From positions 1-32,000 of the forward strand of contig CAYZRF010000006.1 in NCBI GenBank assembly GCA_964480775.1: a stretch of DNA of 32,000 bases, read 5' to 3'. Origin of the DNA: an uncultured Nitrososphaerota archaeon. Lineage in GTDB: Archaea; Korarchaeota; Korarchaeia; Korarchaeales; Korarchaeaceae. The translations under genes were made by a program, and so were the position numbers. A model generated the notes under the pieces. That model did not search any database. It had not been told where the DNA came from and saw nothing but the letters and a program-made list of their open reading frames with translations. Of the stretch, positions 9,385-16,947 are shown piece by piece (positions within the stretch are counted from its first letter, which is position 1; every line of letters begins with the position of its first letter).

Positions 9385-10245
9385 TTACTTATTTGCCCTT
9401 TTCAAGGCTCTCAAGTAAATCTTTTTCATTTTCAATGAATCCTCTTCAAGAAGCGGGCTTTCTGATATAACCAACCACTTAACATCTCTCTCTACCATTT
9501 CCATAGCCAAAGGAACGAAGTTAGGACCATAACCAGACCCTAGTTCGTGATGCATTCTTTCTCCTTTGCCTGAGGCAGTGAGTTCTACCTCTGTAAAATG
9601 GACAACAAGACCATTTAACGAATTTAATCTTCTTTCTATTTCATCTAATATTCTGGAATAATCATCTCTTTCTTTAATAGATCCTCCCTCTCTTGCGTGT
9701 ATGTGTGCAAAGTCTATCGTTGGAAGAACCCAGTCCACTTCTTCAGCCATCCTCAAGACCTCATCCAAAGAACCAAGTTGAGAAGGTTTACCTGTCGTCT
9801 CAGGACCTAACTCCACTCGCACATTCTCGTCCTTTAATCGCCGAACAAGTTCATTTAATCCACTTATGGCGAGTCTTAAAGCCTCCCCAGGATCTCTTCC
9901 GCTATAATATCCAGGATGAAACGTGACATGCGTGGCTCCGATGGCTTCTGCGGCCTTTGCGGATAAGTATAATCTCTCAATGCTTTTTATCAGTTTTTCT
10001 TCGTCTTTAGATGCGAGATTTATTGCATATGGAGCATGAAGGGTTAGGATAACGTCTTTCTCCTTTGCCTTTTTCCCGACCTCTATAAGCGAATCTAACT
10101 TTGTAGGAACTCTTCTTACTGCTTGATATTCCATAGCCCCAAGTTTTAGCTTGTGCAAGTAGTCAAAAGCCTCTTCTTTTGGGCAACCCATTGGAAATCC
10201 AGCTGGACCAAATCTAGTCTTATCTACCCTCACACCATCTCCCAC
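9385..10245 (-). CDS. AP endonuclease family 2 / endonuclease IV-like TIM-barrel protein
   Basis: 286-aa ORF with metal-ligand-like motifs in the expected order: LHAPYAINL, HVTFHPGYY, LGPETTGK, IDFAHIHAREGG, VHFTEVE. GTG start. Confidence 0.6.
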   Translation of the reverse strand: MGDGVRVDKTRFGPAGFPMGCPKEEAFDYLHKLKLGAMEYQAVRRVPTKLDSLIEVGKKAKEKDVILTLHAPYAINLASKDEEKLIKSIERLYLSAKAAEAIGATHVTFHPGYYSGRDPGEALRLAISGLNELVRRLKDENVRVELGPETTGKPSQLGSLDEVLRMAEEVDWVLPTIDFAHIHAREGGSIKERDDYSRILDEIERRLNSLNGLVVHFTEVELTASGKGERMHHELGSGYGPNFVPLAMEMVERDVKWLVISESPLLEEDSLKMKKIYLRALKRANK

Positions 10246-10491
10246 CTAACATGCCATGAGTATGCATAAATCTAACTTTTCTGGTTAAGACATGCATGTT
10301 GAGATAATCTCTTAGAACAAACTAGAGTAAGTAAGCTATTTAGAGATCTAATAGACCTGTAGCAAATACAATCACATTTCTAGTTGTCTATGAATAAGGA
10401 CAAGGGCTAATCTCCTGCTATAGTGCGCCTTTCCCATTTGAGAGAAATTTTAACCTAAATCTTAAAATATCCGTAACGAGAATATTTAATT

Positions 10492-10620
10492 GCCGCCCGG
10501 CGCCACCGTTCTGGGCCCGACTTGGCGGGCAGGGTTACACTGCTGGGAGACGGGCCCCATTTAGCCCGTCCTCAGCGACCCTAGCTCGCAGAACTTGGCC
10601 CATCGATCGCCGGGCGGCCC
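10492..10620 (+). ncRNA. Unclassified GC-rich structured RNA candidate (rod-like, about 128 nt)
   Basis: A GC-rich block in an AT-rich intergenic region. Perfect 11-bp terminal helix, GCCGCCCGGCG (10492-10502) with CGCCGGGCGGC (10608-10618). Nested helices: 10513-17/10597-601, 10525-30/10584-89, 10532-35/10578-81. A 14-bp apical hairpin spans 10541-10577, with loop CCCATTTA. A TATA-like TTAAAATAT lies at 10462-10470, about 22-30 nt upstream on the + strand. Strand assignment is tentative. Confidence 0.5.
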
Positions 10621-10636
10621 ATTCTTCTTAAACTTC

Positions 10637-11728
10637 ATGGGGTTGGTATTTCTGATGTGGTTGATTAGAACCGATATACTGACGGCTTTCCAAAACGAGG
10701 AGATAAAATCCTCAATTCCAAGGTATATCTCGGTCGTTGGGGACAAGAAACCTGCCTTGTTCTTGATAGCATCCAGATTCCCCATTGATCGACCATCAAA
10801 TGTGGAAGAATTATGGTCTTTGCATGATATACTTATGGACGAATTTTGGGAGTTTGTAGATACATTTGATAGCATGAACTTGCCTCCAAAACCACCATAT
10901 TCGCTTCTTGATTTGAAGGCAGACATTGCAAAGCAGATTCTAACATCTTGTGAACTATGTGAAAGGAGATGTTTGGTAGATAGGACAAAGGGGGAGCTGG
11001 GTGCTTGTAGAGTCCCTGGAGAACCCAGAGTATCAACATATTTCATTCATATGGGTGAAGAAGCACCCATATCCCCTTCAGGCACTATTTTCTTTTCATC
11101 GTGTAACTTCAGATGTGTTTTCTGCCAAAACTGGGATATATCACAGAACCCAGATTCTGGCCGTTTAGTTGGCCCTGCAGAACTTTCAAATATGTTTGTA
11201 AAACTGAGAAAAGAAGGAGCAAGGAACATAAACCTTGTGGGGGGCGAACCAACTCCCAACATCCCTACCATTCTAGAAGCTCTAAGGTTAACTAACATAA
11301 ATGTACCAATAATCTGGAACTCCAATATGTACCTAACTCCTGAATCTATGAAGCTTCTGATCGGAATAATTGACCTTTGGCTACCAGATTTCAAATACTG
11401 GAATGAAGAGCATGCATTAAAGCTAAGTGGAATACTAAATTATACGAATGTTGTCAGAAGAAATCTTAAGATGGCATATAATGCTAGGGGAGAAATGGTG
11501 ATAAGACATCTAGTTCTTCCAAATCATGTTGAATGCTGCACAAAACCAATTTTGAAATGGATATCAGAGAACATACCAAAGGCTTTAGTGAATGTCATGG
11601 CTCAGTATAGACCTGAATACAAGGCTTTAACCTATCCAGAGATCTCTAGAAGACCAAGCACCGATGAAATGAAAGAAGCCTATAAAGAAGCCGAAAAACT
11701 AGGTCTAAAGTGGAGATCTGTATCATAA
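10637..11728 (+). CDS. Radical SAM protein, PflX-like (pyruvate formate-lyase activating enzyme-related)
   Basis: CxxxCxxC cluster motif in SSCNFRCVFCQNWDIS, preceded by the CELCERRCLVDR motif typical of the PflX/COG1313 group. I start the CDS at ATG 10637, not at the track's TTG 10595, which would overlap the structured RNA. Confidence 0.8.
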   Translation: MGLVFLMWLIRTDILTAFQNEEIKSSIPRYISVVGDKKPALFLIASRFPIDRPSNVEELWSLHDILMDEFWEFVDTFDSMNLPPKPPYSLLDLKADIAKQILTSCELCERRCLVDRTKGELGACRVPGEPRVSTYFIHMGEEAPISPSGTIFFSSCNFRCVFCQNWDISQNPDSGRLVGPAELSNMFVKLRKEGARNINLVGGEPTPNIPTILEALRLTNINVPIIWNSNMYLTPESMKLLIGIIDLWLPDFKYWNEEHALKLSGILNYTNVVRRNLKMAYNARGEMVIRHLVLPNHVECCTKPILKWISENIPKALVNVMAQYRPEYKALTYPEISRRPSTDEMKEAYKEAEKLGLKWRSVS

Positions 11729-11736
11729 GAAGGAAT

Positions 11737-12381
11737 CTAGGAATCGTCAAATAATGCAGAGAATAACTTCTTTTCAAGTTCCTCTATACTACCTTCATTT
11801 ATGATGAATATATCCGCCCATGCTATTGCCCTACCCATATCAAACAGCTGAAGCTCCTCCCTATCTTGCTTTAAGAAATCTTCGTAGCTCATTGGCTTGA
11901 TTCTATGCATTAAATCAAAGCCTTTGCGACCCCTTTTTCTGATTCGATTGAACCTAACCTTTTTTGAGGCAAGTATGGCTATGGTTATAACAGAATCTCC
12001 AAACCTCTCTTTGAAGGCATCGATTTCTTCGATGTTCCTTACGCCGTTAATCACAAATCCCGCTGGGCTTTGAGTGTCTTCAATCTCCTTAGCTTTATTA
12101 ATGCACAATAAAGCAACAGCCGCAGGCCCAAACTCCTTTCTAAGTTCAAGGCCAACCTTTCTGAAATTTTCTCTTGTCTCAGGTAATCCTTTCTCTATTA
12201 CCTTTTTTCTAACCATTTCACTCATAACTATAACCTTAAAATCACATTTCTTTTCGAGAATTTTAGCGGCAACATCCTTCCCAGACCCAGGAAGGCCCAC
12301 AAGCAGGACATATTTGTACTTTGGCTTTTTGTATTTACTTCTCAATGTAACCCTCCAATAGGGTAAGTGAGTACTTATCAC
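11737..12381 (-). CDS. UPF0200-type P-loop nucleotide kinase-like protein
   Basis: Walker A motif VGLPGSGKD near the N-terminus. The overall pattern (VINGVRNIEEIDAFKERFG..., RFNRIRKRGR, ADIFIINEGSIEEL) resembles the archaeal UPF0200 / dephospho-CoA-kinase-like family. The true start may be TTG at 12345, which is preceded by GGAGGG. Confidence 0.6.
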   Translation of the reverse strand: MISTHLPYWRVTLRSKYKKPKYKYVLLVGLPGSGKDVAAKILEKKCDFKVIVMSEMVRKKVIEKGLPETRENFRKVGLELRKEFGPAAVALLCINKAKEIEDTQSPAGFVINGVRNIEEIDAFKERFGDSVITIAILASKKVRFNRIRKRGRKGFDLMHRIKPMSYEDFLKQDREELQLFDMGRAIAWADIFIINEGSIEELEKKLFSALFDDS

Positions 12382-12456
12382 TTTTTTCTATCATATTCTC
12401 TATTGACTAAATTAGTATAGAGAAGGGTGTGTTCAAACTTGGATATGAGGCTTTTC

Positions 12457-13254
12457 ATGATTAAGCTCTCTCTAATATCGATGGCCGATGGATTACTCCC
12501 CTTCTCAGGAGTGGGTGTTAGATCGGCTATTTTAAAGGCTATATCTTCTGTAGAACCGTTCTTAGCACGTTCTATTAGGTCTGGTGCATTTCAAATACAT
12601 GTAACAAGCATACTTGAGACAGAATCTATCGACTACAGGTGTGGATCTCAGGACATTAATGTGACTAGGGGATCGCCCTATCATGTTAAGATAATCAGCA
12701 ACTCAAAGAAACTTCCTCAAATACTGAGATCTTGGATATTTAGGAACCCCCGTCTTTCCCTCGGTGGAATCACTTTTGACATATCGGATATGAGGGTTAG
12801 CGAGGTATACGTCTCTGAAGTACAAGAAGAGTCCCATAGGAATTTCAGAATCTATTTTTTGTCTCCTACATGTTTTCATAAAGCTCAATCTCCATACTGT
12901 TCACTCTTTCCAGCAGCAGGGTTCATTTTTCAATCCCTTGCATCAAATTGGAGGAAGTTTAATCCTGGGTCTGATATAAACCCAAGACAGTTCAGGCGCT
13001 GGGCTCAATTAAGCCTTGCAGAGACAGGGTATGAATTGTGTACTTCAAAACCATTAAGGCTTCCTGATGGTAGAAACACCGTGGGATTTCTCGGATGGAC
13101 TAATTACAAGCACGTGTTGCATCCTGGATGGACTGAAAGTGATCATGAAAGAATGCTAAAAACAGCTTGGTTCTTGCTTAGATTTGGTGAATATGTAGGC
13201 ATAGGCTTGGGAAACGCCGTTGGTTTTGGTAGGATAAAAGTGGAACCAAAATGA
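12457..13254 (+). CDS. cas6: Cas6-family CRISPR endoribonuclease homolog (stand-alone)
   Basis: C-terminal glycine-rich loop, EYVGIGLGNAVGFGRIKV (G-h-G-x5-G-h-G). Central motif YFLSPTCFHK...SLFPAAGFIFQSLASNWRKFNP, typical of Cas6. N-terminal MIKLSLIS...LP start. I start at ATG 12457; the track's GTG 12427 and ATG 12445 are alternatives. Confidence 0.7.
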   Translation: MIKLSLISMADGLLPFSGVGVRSAILKAISSVEPFLARSIRSGAFQIHVTSILETESIDYRCGSQDINVTRGSPYHVKIISNSKKLPQILRSWIFRNPRLSLGGITFDISDMRVSEVYVSEVQEESHRNFRIYFLSPTCFHKAQSPYCSLFPAAGFIFQSLASNWRKFNPGSDINPRQFRRWAQLSLAETGYELCTSKPLRLPDGRNTVGFLGWTNYKHVLHPGWTESDHERMLKTAWFLLRFGEYVGIGLGNAVGFGRIKVEPK

Positions 13255-13359
13255 TGATTTACGTCCAATAAACCATGGAATTTTGCTGAGACTTCATAAG
13301 TTATAACCGTATCCTCTTAAAAAATACTCTGGAAGGCTTAGGAGTGGGTAGGTGAGTCG

Positions 13360-13923
13360 TTGGTTTACATAAGAGCGTTCATAGCTGTAGATGTGGAGGG
13401 ACCCGAGATAGTATCTAGAATTAGGAGAATCCAAGATAGTCTCTTAGAGACAGGAAGCGAGCTAAAGCTCGTAAAACCCGAGAATCTTCACTTCACAGTG
13501 AAGTTCTTGGACAGGATAGACGAAGAACTCGTGGAAGAAATCGAAAGAGTGTTAAGAGAACTTGAACTAAAGAAATTCTCCATAAACATAGCTGGGATCG
13601 GGACATTTCCAAGCCACAGAAGACCTAGAGTAATTTGGCTTGGCGTAGGGGATGGTGAAAAGGAATTTATTTCTCTCATGAAGGAGGCAGATAATGCCCT
13701 TTCTAAGCTTGGATTTCCGAGAGAACGTCGAGAGCCCACTGCTCATCTAACAATCGCAAGAGTTAAGCGAGTTAGATCTATTGAAGCTATTAAGAAAGTA
13801 TTCTCTACCCTAGCAGATGTGGAAATAGGTAGAATGATTGTAGATCATATCAGAATAAAGAAAAGTACCCTGACTCCCAGAGGACCAATATATGAGACCC
13901 TTGCAAACATAGAACTAGAGTAG
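13360..13923 (+). CDS. thpR: RNA 2',3'-cyclic phosphodiesterase (2H family, LigT/ThpR)
   Basis: Two H-x-T/S-x motifs at the canonical spacing: NLHFTVKFL and AHLTIARV. 187 aa. TTG start preceded by AGGTGA. Confidence 0.85.
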   Translation: MVYIRAFIAVDVEGPEIVSRIRRIQDSLLETGSELKLVKPENLHFTVKFLDRIDEELVEEIERVLRELELKKFSINIAGIGTFPSHRRPRVIWLGVGDGEKEFISLMKEADNALSKLGFPRERREPTAHLTIARVKRVRSIEAIKKVFSTLADVEIGRMIVDHIRIKKSTLTPRGPIYETLANIELE

Positions 13924-13961
13924 AAGTTTATATCACAGGTTTGTAACTCTTACTTTGAAGA

Positions 13962-15176
13962 ATGAAGAAGATTATCTTAATTCTGCTCCTATTGCTGCCA
14001 TTTATCCTTCAAACGCTTGGACAAGGAAATGATCAAAGGACTCTTGTAATTAGAATAAGCGGAGAAATATCACCTGGCGTGGCTGACTTCATAAGTTCAG
14101 CAATTAACCATGCGAACGTAGAAGGATATGGTGCAATTGTTCTCGTAATTAACACAAATGGAGGTCTCCTTGCCGCTACTGAGAAGATAGTAGATTCTAT
14201 GGGCAAGTCATATGTATCGATAGGAGTCTACATTCCAAAGAACGGGAGGGCATTTTCTGCTGGAGCCTATATATTGATGGCATCAGATGTTGCGGGCATG
14301 GCTCGGGGAGCAACCGTTGGAGCAGCTATGCCAATTCCTTCAGAAGAAAAGATTCTCAACGCTATGAGTGGGTGGATGAAAAGTTTAGCGGAGTCAACAG
14401 GAAGACGTGTTGAAATAGCTGAAAAGATGGTTAAAGAAAATCTCGTTTTGACTTCTACGGAAGCACTTGATGCTGGAATAATACAATACATCTCTCCGAC
14501 ACTCTCTGCCTTTGTTAATGATTGTGGCTTTCCAAACGAGGTGGTTGAAATGAGAACAGATCTTGGATCCTATATTCTAATCCTTATATCGAATCCCGTC
14601 ATAGCATGGCTTCTGCTTGTATTGGGGGGCCTAATATTCATAGTGGGACTAAAGACCCCCGGACTCTTCACGGAATGGATAGGAGGAATCATGGTTCTAC
14701 TAGGCCTGTATGGGCTTGGTCAAATTGGAATAGGTCCTGGGGCTTTAGCATTGATGTTGCTAGGCATAGTAGCTATGTTATTAGAGCTAAAAATGGGGCA
14801 GGGATTTCTTGCTGTCGGAGGGATGGCTTTAGCGGTGTTTGGTTTGATTCTAATGTATAGATCTGCCCCTTTACTAAGAACAGACTCTGACATCTATCTT
14901 CTATCCATTACTGGAATCGTTGCCGCTGGGTTAGTAGGACTCTATCTACATAAAATAAAACAGAGCTTATCACTTAAGGAAATGTTATTGGATCCCAAGA
15001 AACTTATTGGCGAGGAAGGTATAGTTAAGAAGAAAATACCTGCTGGGGGAACCGGAATAGTACTAGTAAAATCAGAGCTATGGTCAGCAACATCAGAAGA
15101 AGAGATAGAAGAGGGAGTAAGGGTAAAAGTAACTGACGTAAGTGGTCTGAAGTTAATCGTAAAGAAAATAACTTAG
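13962..15176 (+). CDS. nfeD: NfeD-family membrane-bound ClpP-class serine protease (stomatin-specific protease type)
   Basis: Signal peptide, ClpP-like N-domain (INTNGGLLAATEKIV...GRAFSAGAYILMASD), multiple TM helices and a C-terminal OB-like NfeD domain (GIVLVKSELWSATSEEEIEEGVRVKV). It sits upstream of a stomatin gene, the classic pairing. Confidence 0.85.
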   Translation: MKKIILILLLLLPFILQTLGQGNDQRTLVIRISGEISPGVADFISSAINHANVEGYGAIVLVINTNGGLLAATEKIVDSMGKSYVSIGVYIPKNGRAFSAGAYILMASDVAGMARGATVGAAMPIPSEEKILNAMSGWMKSLAESTGRRVEIAEKMVKENLVLTSTEALDAGIIQYISPTLSAFVNDCGFPNEVVEMRTDLGSYILILISNPVIAWLLLVLGGLIFIVGLKTPGLFTEWIGGIMVLLGLYGLGQIGIGPGALALMLLGIVAMLLELKMGQGFLAVGGMALAVFGLILMYRSAPLLRTDSDIYLLSITGIVAAGLVGLYLHKIKQSLSLKEMLLDPKKLIGEEGIVKKKIPAGGTGIVLVKSELWSATSEEEIEEGVRVKVTDVSGLKLIVKKIT

Positions 15177-15228
15177 AATGTTAGAAAAGGGCATGGTTAT
15201 AAGCGAAAAAGATCTTTAAGGAATAGAG

Positions 15229-16104
15229 GTGAGAGAAACGCAGGTTTTTCCCATATCTTTGGGAACGATATTAACCTTCTTCGTAGGTCTAATAGTTCTT
15301 GCATTAATCGCTTCGGCAATTAAGATAGTTCCAGAATACAAGAGGTTGGTCATACTTAGACTCGGAAGCTTCATAGGAGTTAGAGGTCCCGGGTTGGTAT
15401 TCAGAATTCCTATAATAGACCAGATAATTTGGGTTGATCTAAGAGAAAGCTACTTTGAGATCCCCCATCAAACCTGCATAACAGAGGACAACGCTCCTAC
15501 TGACATAGATTTCGTCGTTTACTTCAAAGTAGTAGATCCTGCCCTTTCCGTGCTTAACGTCGCAAACTTTAGGGGAGCCGCTCTTGCGCTAGCTACTACA
15601 ACCTTAAGGGCGGTCATTGGAGAAATGCAACTAGACGAAGTTCTAGCTAAGAGGGATGATATAAACCAAATTCTAAGGGTAAAGCTTGATGAGGTTACGG
15701 AGAGATGGGGTGTTAAAATAACAAACGTAGAGATAAGAGAAATACTACCTCCAAGGCAAGTCCAGGATGCTATGATCAAACAAATGGCTGCTGAAAGGGA
15801 TAGAAGGGCTATGATTACAGAAGCCGAGGGGAAGAAGACGTCATCAATTCTAATAGCTGAAGGAGAAAAGCAAGCAGCAATTTTGAAGGCAGAGGGTCAG
15901 AGACAGGCAACCATTCTGAGAGCTGAGGGATATGCAGAGGCTCTTAGAACTATTTTCAGCGTTGCCAAAGAGATAGACGTTAACACAATGAGGTTGCAAT
16001 ACTTAGAAACACTCAAAAAAGTGGCGACATCTCGATCAACTAAGATAGTTCTGCCAATGCAGTTAGTAGAACTAGTAAAGGACTTTCTAGGAAAAGAAAA
16101 ATGA
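15229..16104 (+). CDS. SPFH/stomatin (band 7) family protein
   Basis: N-terminal TM segment followed by an SPFH domain (IVPEYKRLVILRLGSFIGVRGPGLVFRIPIIDQI...) and a coiled-coil A/E/K-rich tail. Confidence 0.9.
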   Translation: MRETQVFPISLGTILTFFVGLIVLALIASAIKIVPEYKRLVILRLGSFIGVRGPGLVFRIPIIDQIIWVDLRESYFEIPHQTCITEDNAPTDIDFVVYFKVVDPALSVLNVANFRGAALALATTTLRAVIGEMQLDEVLAKRDDINQILRVKLDEVTERWGVKITNVEIREILPPRQVQDAMIKQMAAERDRRAMITEAEGKKTSSILIAEGEKQAAILKAEGQRQATILRAEGYAEALRTIFSVAKEIDVNTMRLQYLETLKKVATSRSTKIVLPMQLVELVKDFLGKEK

Positions 16105-16940
16105 TTGAACTGAAAAATAAAATGAAAATGTTTGAAAACAAACATTCTAAGAAGATAATAACCCTTACAACGGACTTTGGAACAAAAGATCCCTATGTAT
16201 CGTCGATGAAGGGAGTTATATTGTCTATAGCCCCTGAAGCTACCGTAGTTGACATAACTCATGAAATAGAGCCCTTTAATGTTACACAGGCAGCTTTCAT
16301 ACTATATCAAGCTACGCGTTGGTTTCCTGCCAAAACGATTCATGTGGCTGTCGTGGATCCTGGAGTGGGATCTAAAAGAAGGGCTCTAGCTATTAAAACG
16401 AATCATTGTATGCTAATTGGCCCTGACAACGGAGTTCTAATTCCGACAGCTAAGTACTTTGGTATAGTTGAGATTAGAGAGATTAGAAAGAAGTTCTTCG
16501 ATGAGATAAGTCATACCTTCCACGGTCGAGATATATTTGCACCCACAGCAGCTAAACTATCCGTAGGGATGAAATTCGAGGACTTAGGTCCTACCATATC
16601 TGACCCAAGAGAACATGATTTTGGCCCTATTAAATGGACTAATGAAGGACTAGAAGCAAAAGTTCTGCATGTAGATAGATTTGGTAACTTGATCACCAAT
16701 ATTCCGCGTGAACTATATCCAGAAATAGCTTCTAAGGGAAAAATTATGATAAGTACTGGAGAAAATGCATCTATAATCAGACAAGCACGCTCATATTTTG
16801 AAGGAAAACCAAAAGAACTACTTATGTTACCTGGAAGTGGAGATTTCATCGAGATTTCATGCAATAGAGGTAGTGCTGCTGAACTCTTAGGCATCAAACC
16901 GAACGATACATTTATCCTCAAGTTCGGGTCATCTTTTTAA
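16101..16940 (+). CDS. SAM hydroxide adenosyltransferase (DUF62, chlorinase/fluorinase-related)
   Basis: Motifs ITLTTDFGTKDPYVSSMKGVI, VAVVDPGVGS, FHGRDIFAP, DRFGNLITNI. The start overlaps the stomatin stop codon (ATGA at 16101-16104); a later Met is possible. Confidence 0.8.
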   Translation: MIELKNKMKMFENKHSKKIITLTTDFGTKDPYVSSMKGVILSIAPEATVVDITHEIEPFNVTQAAFILYQATRWFPAKTIHVAVVDPGVGSKRRALAIKTNHCMLIGPDNGVLIPTAKYFGIVEIREIRKKFFDEISHTFHGRDIFAPTAAKLSVGMKFEDLGPTISDPREHDFGPIKWTNEGLEAKVLHVDRFGNLITNIPRELYPEIASKGKIMISTGENASIIRQARSYFEGKPKELLMLPGSGDFIEISCNRGSAAELLGIKPNDTFILKFGSSF

Positions 16941-16947
16941 TCGTCTC

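Noticed and set aside
10492-10620. 5S rRNA
   Set aside because: The size (about 128 nt), the GC-rich closing helix and a CCCAUUU-containing loop initially suggested 5S rRNA. However, the sequence folds as a single rod rather than a three-way junction. The conserved CCGAAC...GGAAGUUAAGC loop C/helix III region is absent, and there is no second (helix IV/V) arm.
10595-10636. TTG-initiated 5' extension of the radical SAM ORF
   Set aside because: The extension overlaps the 3' half of the GC-rich structured element and translates to a Pro/Gly-rich peptide (MAHRSPGGPFFLNF). An ATG at 10637 follows directly.
12400-13360. CRISPR array associated with cas6
   Set aside because: I scanned all intergenic regions in the window (7526-7745, 8335-8848, 10246-10636, 13255-13359, 20744-20975, 30652-31675). 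None contains regularly spaced 24-40 nt repeats.
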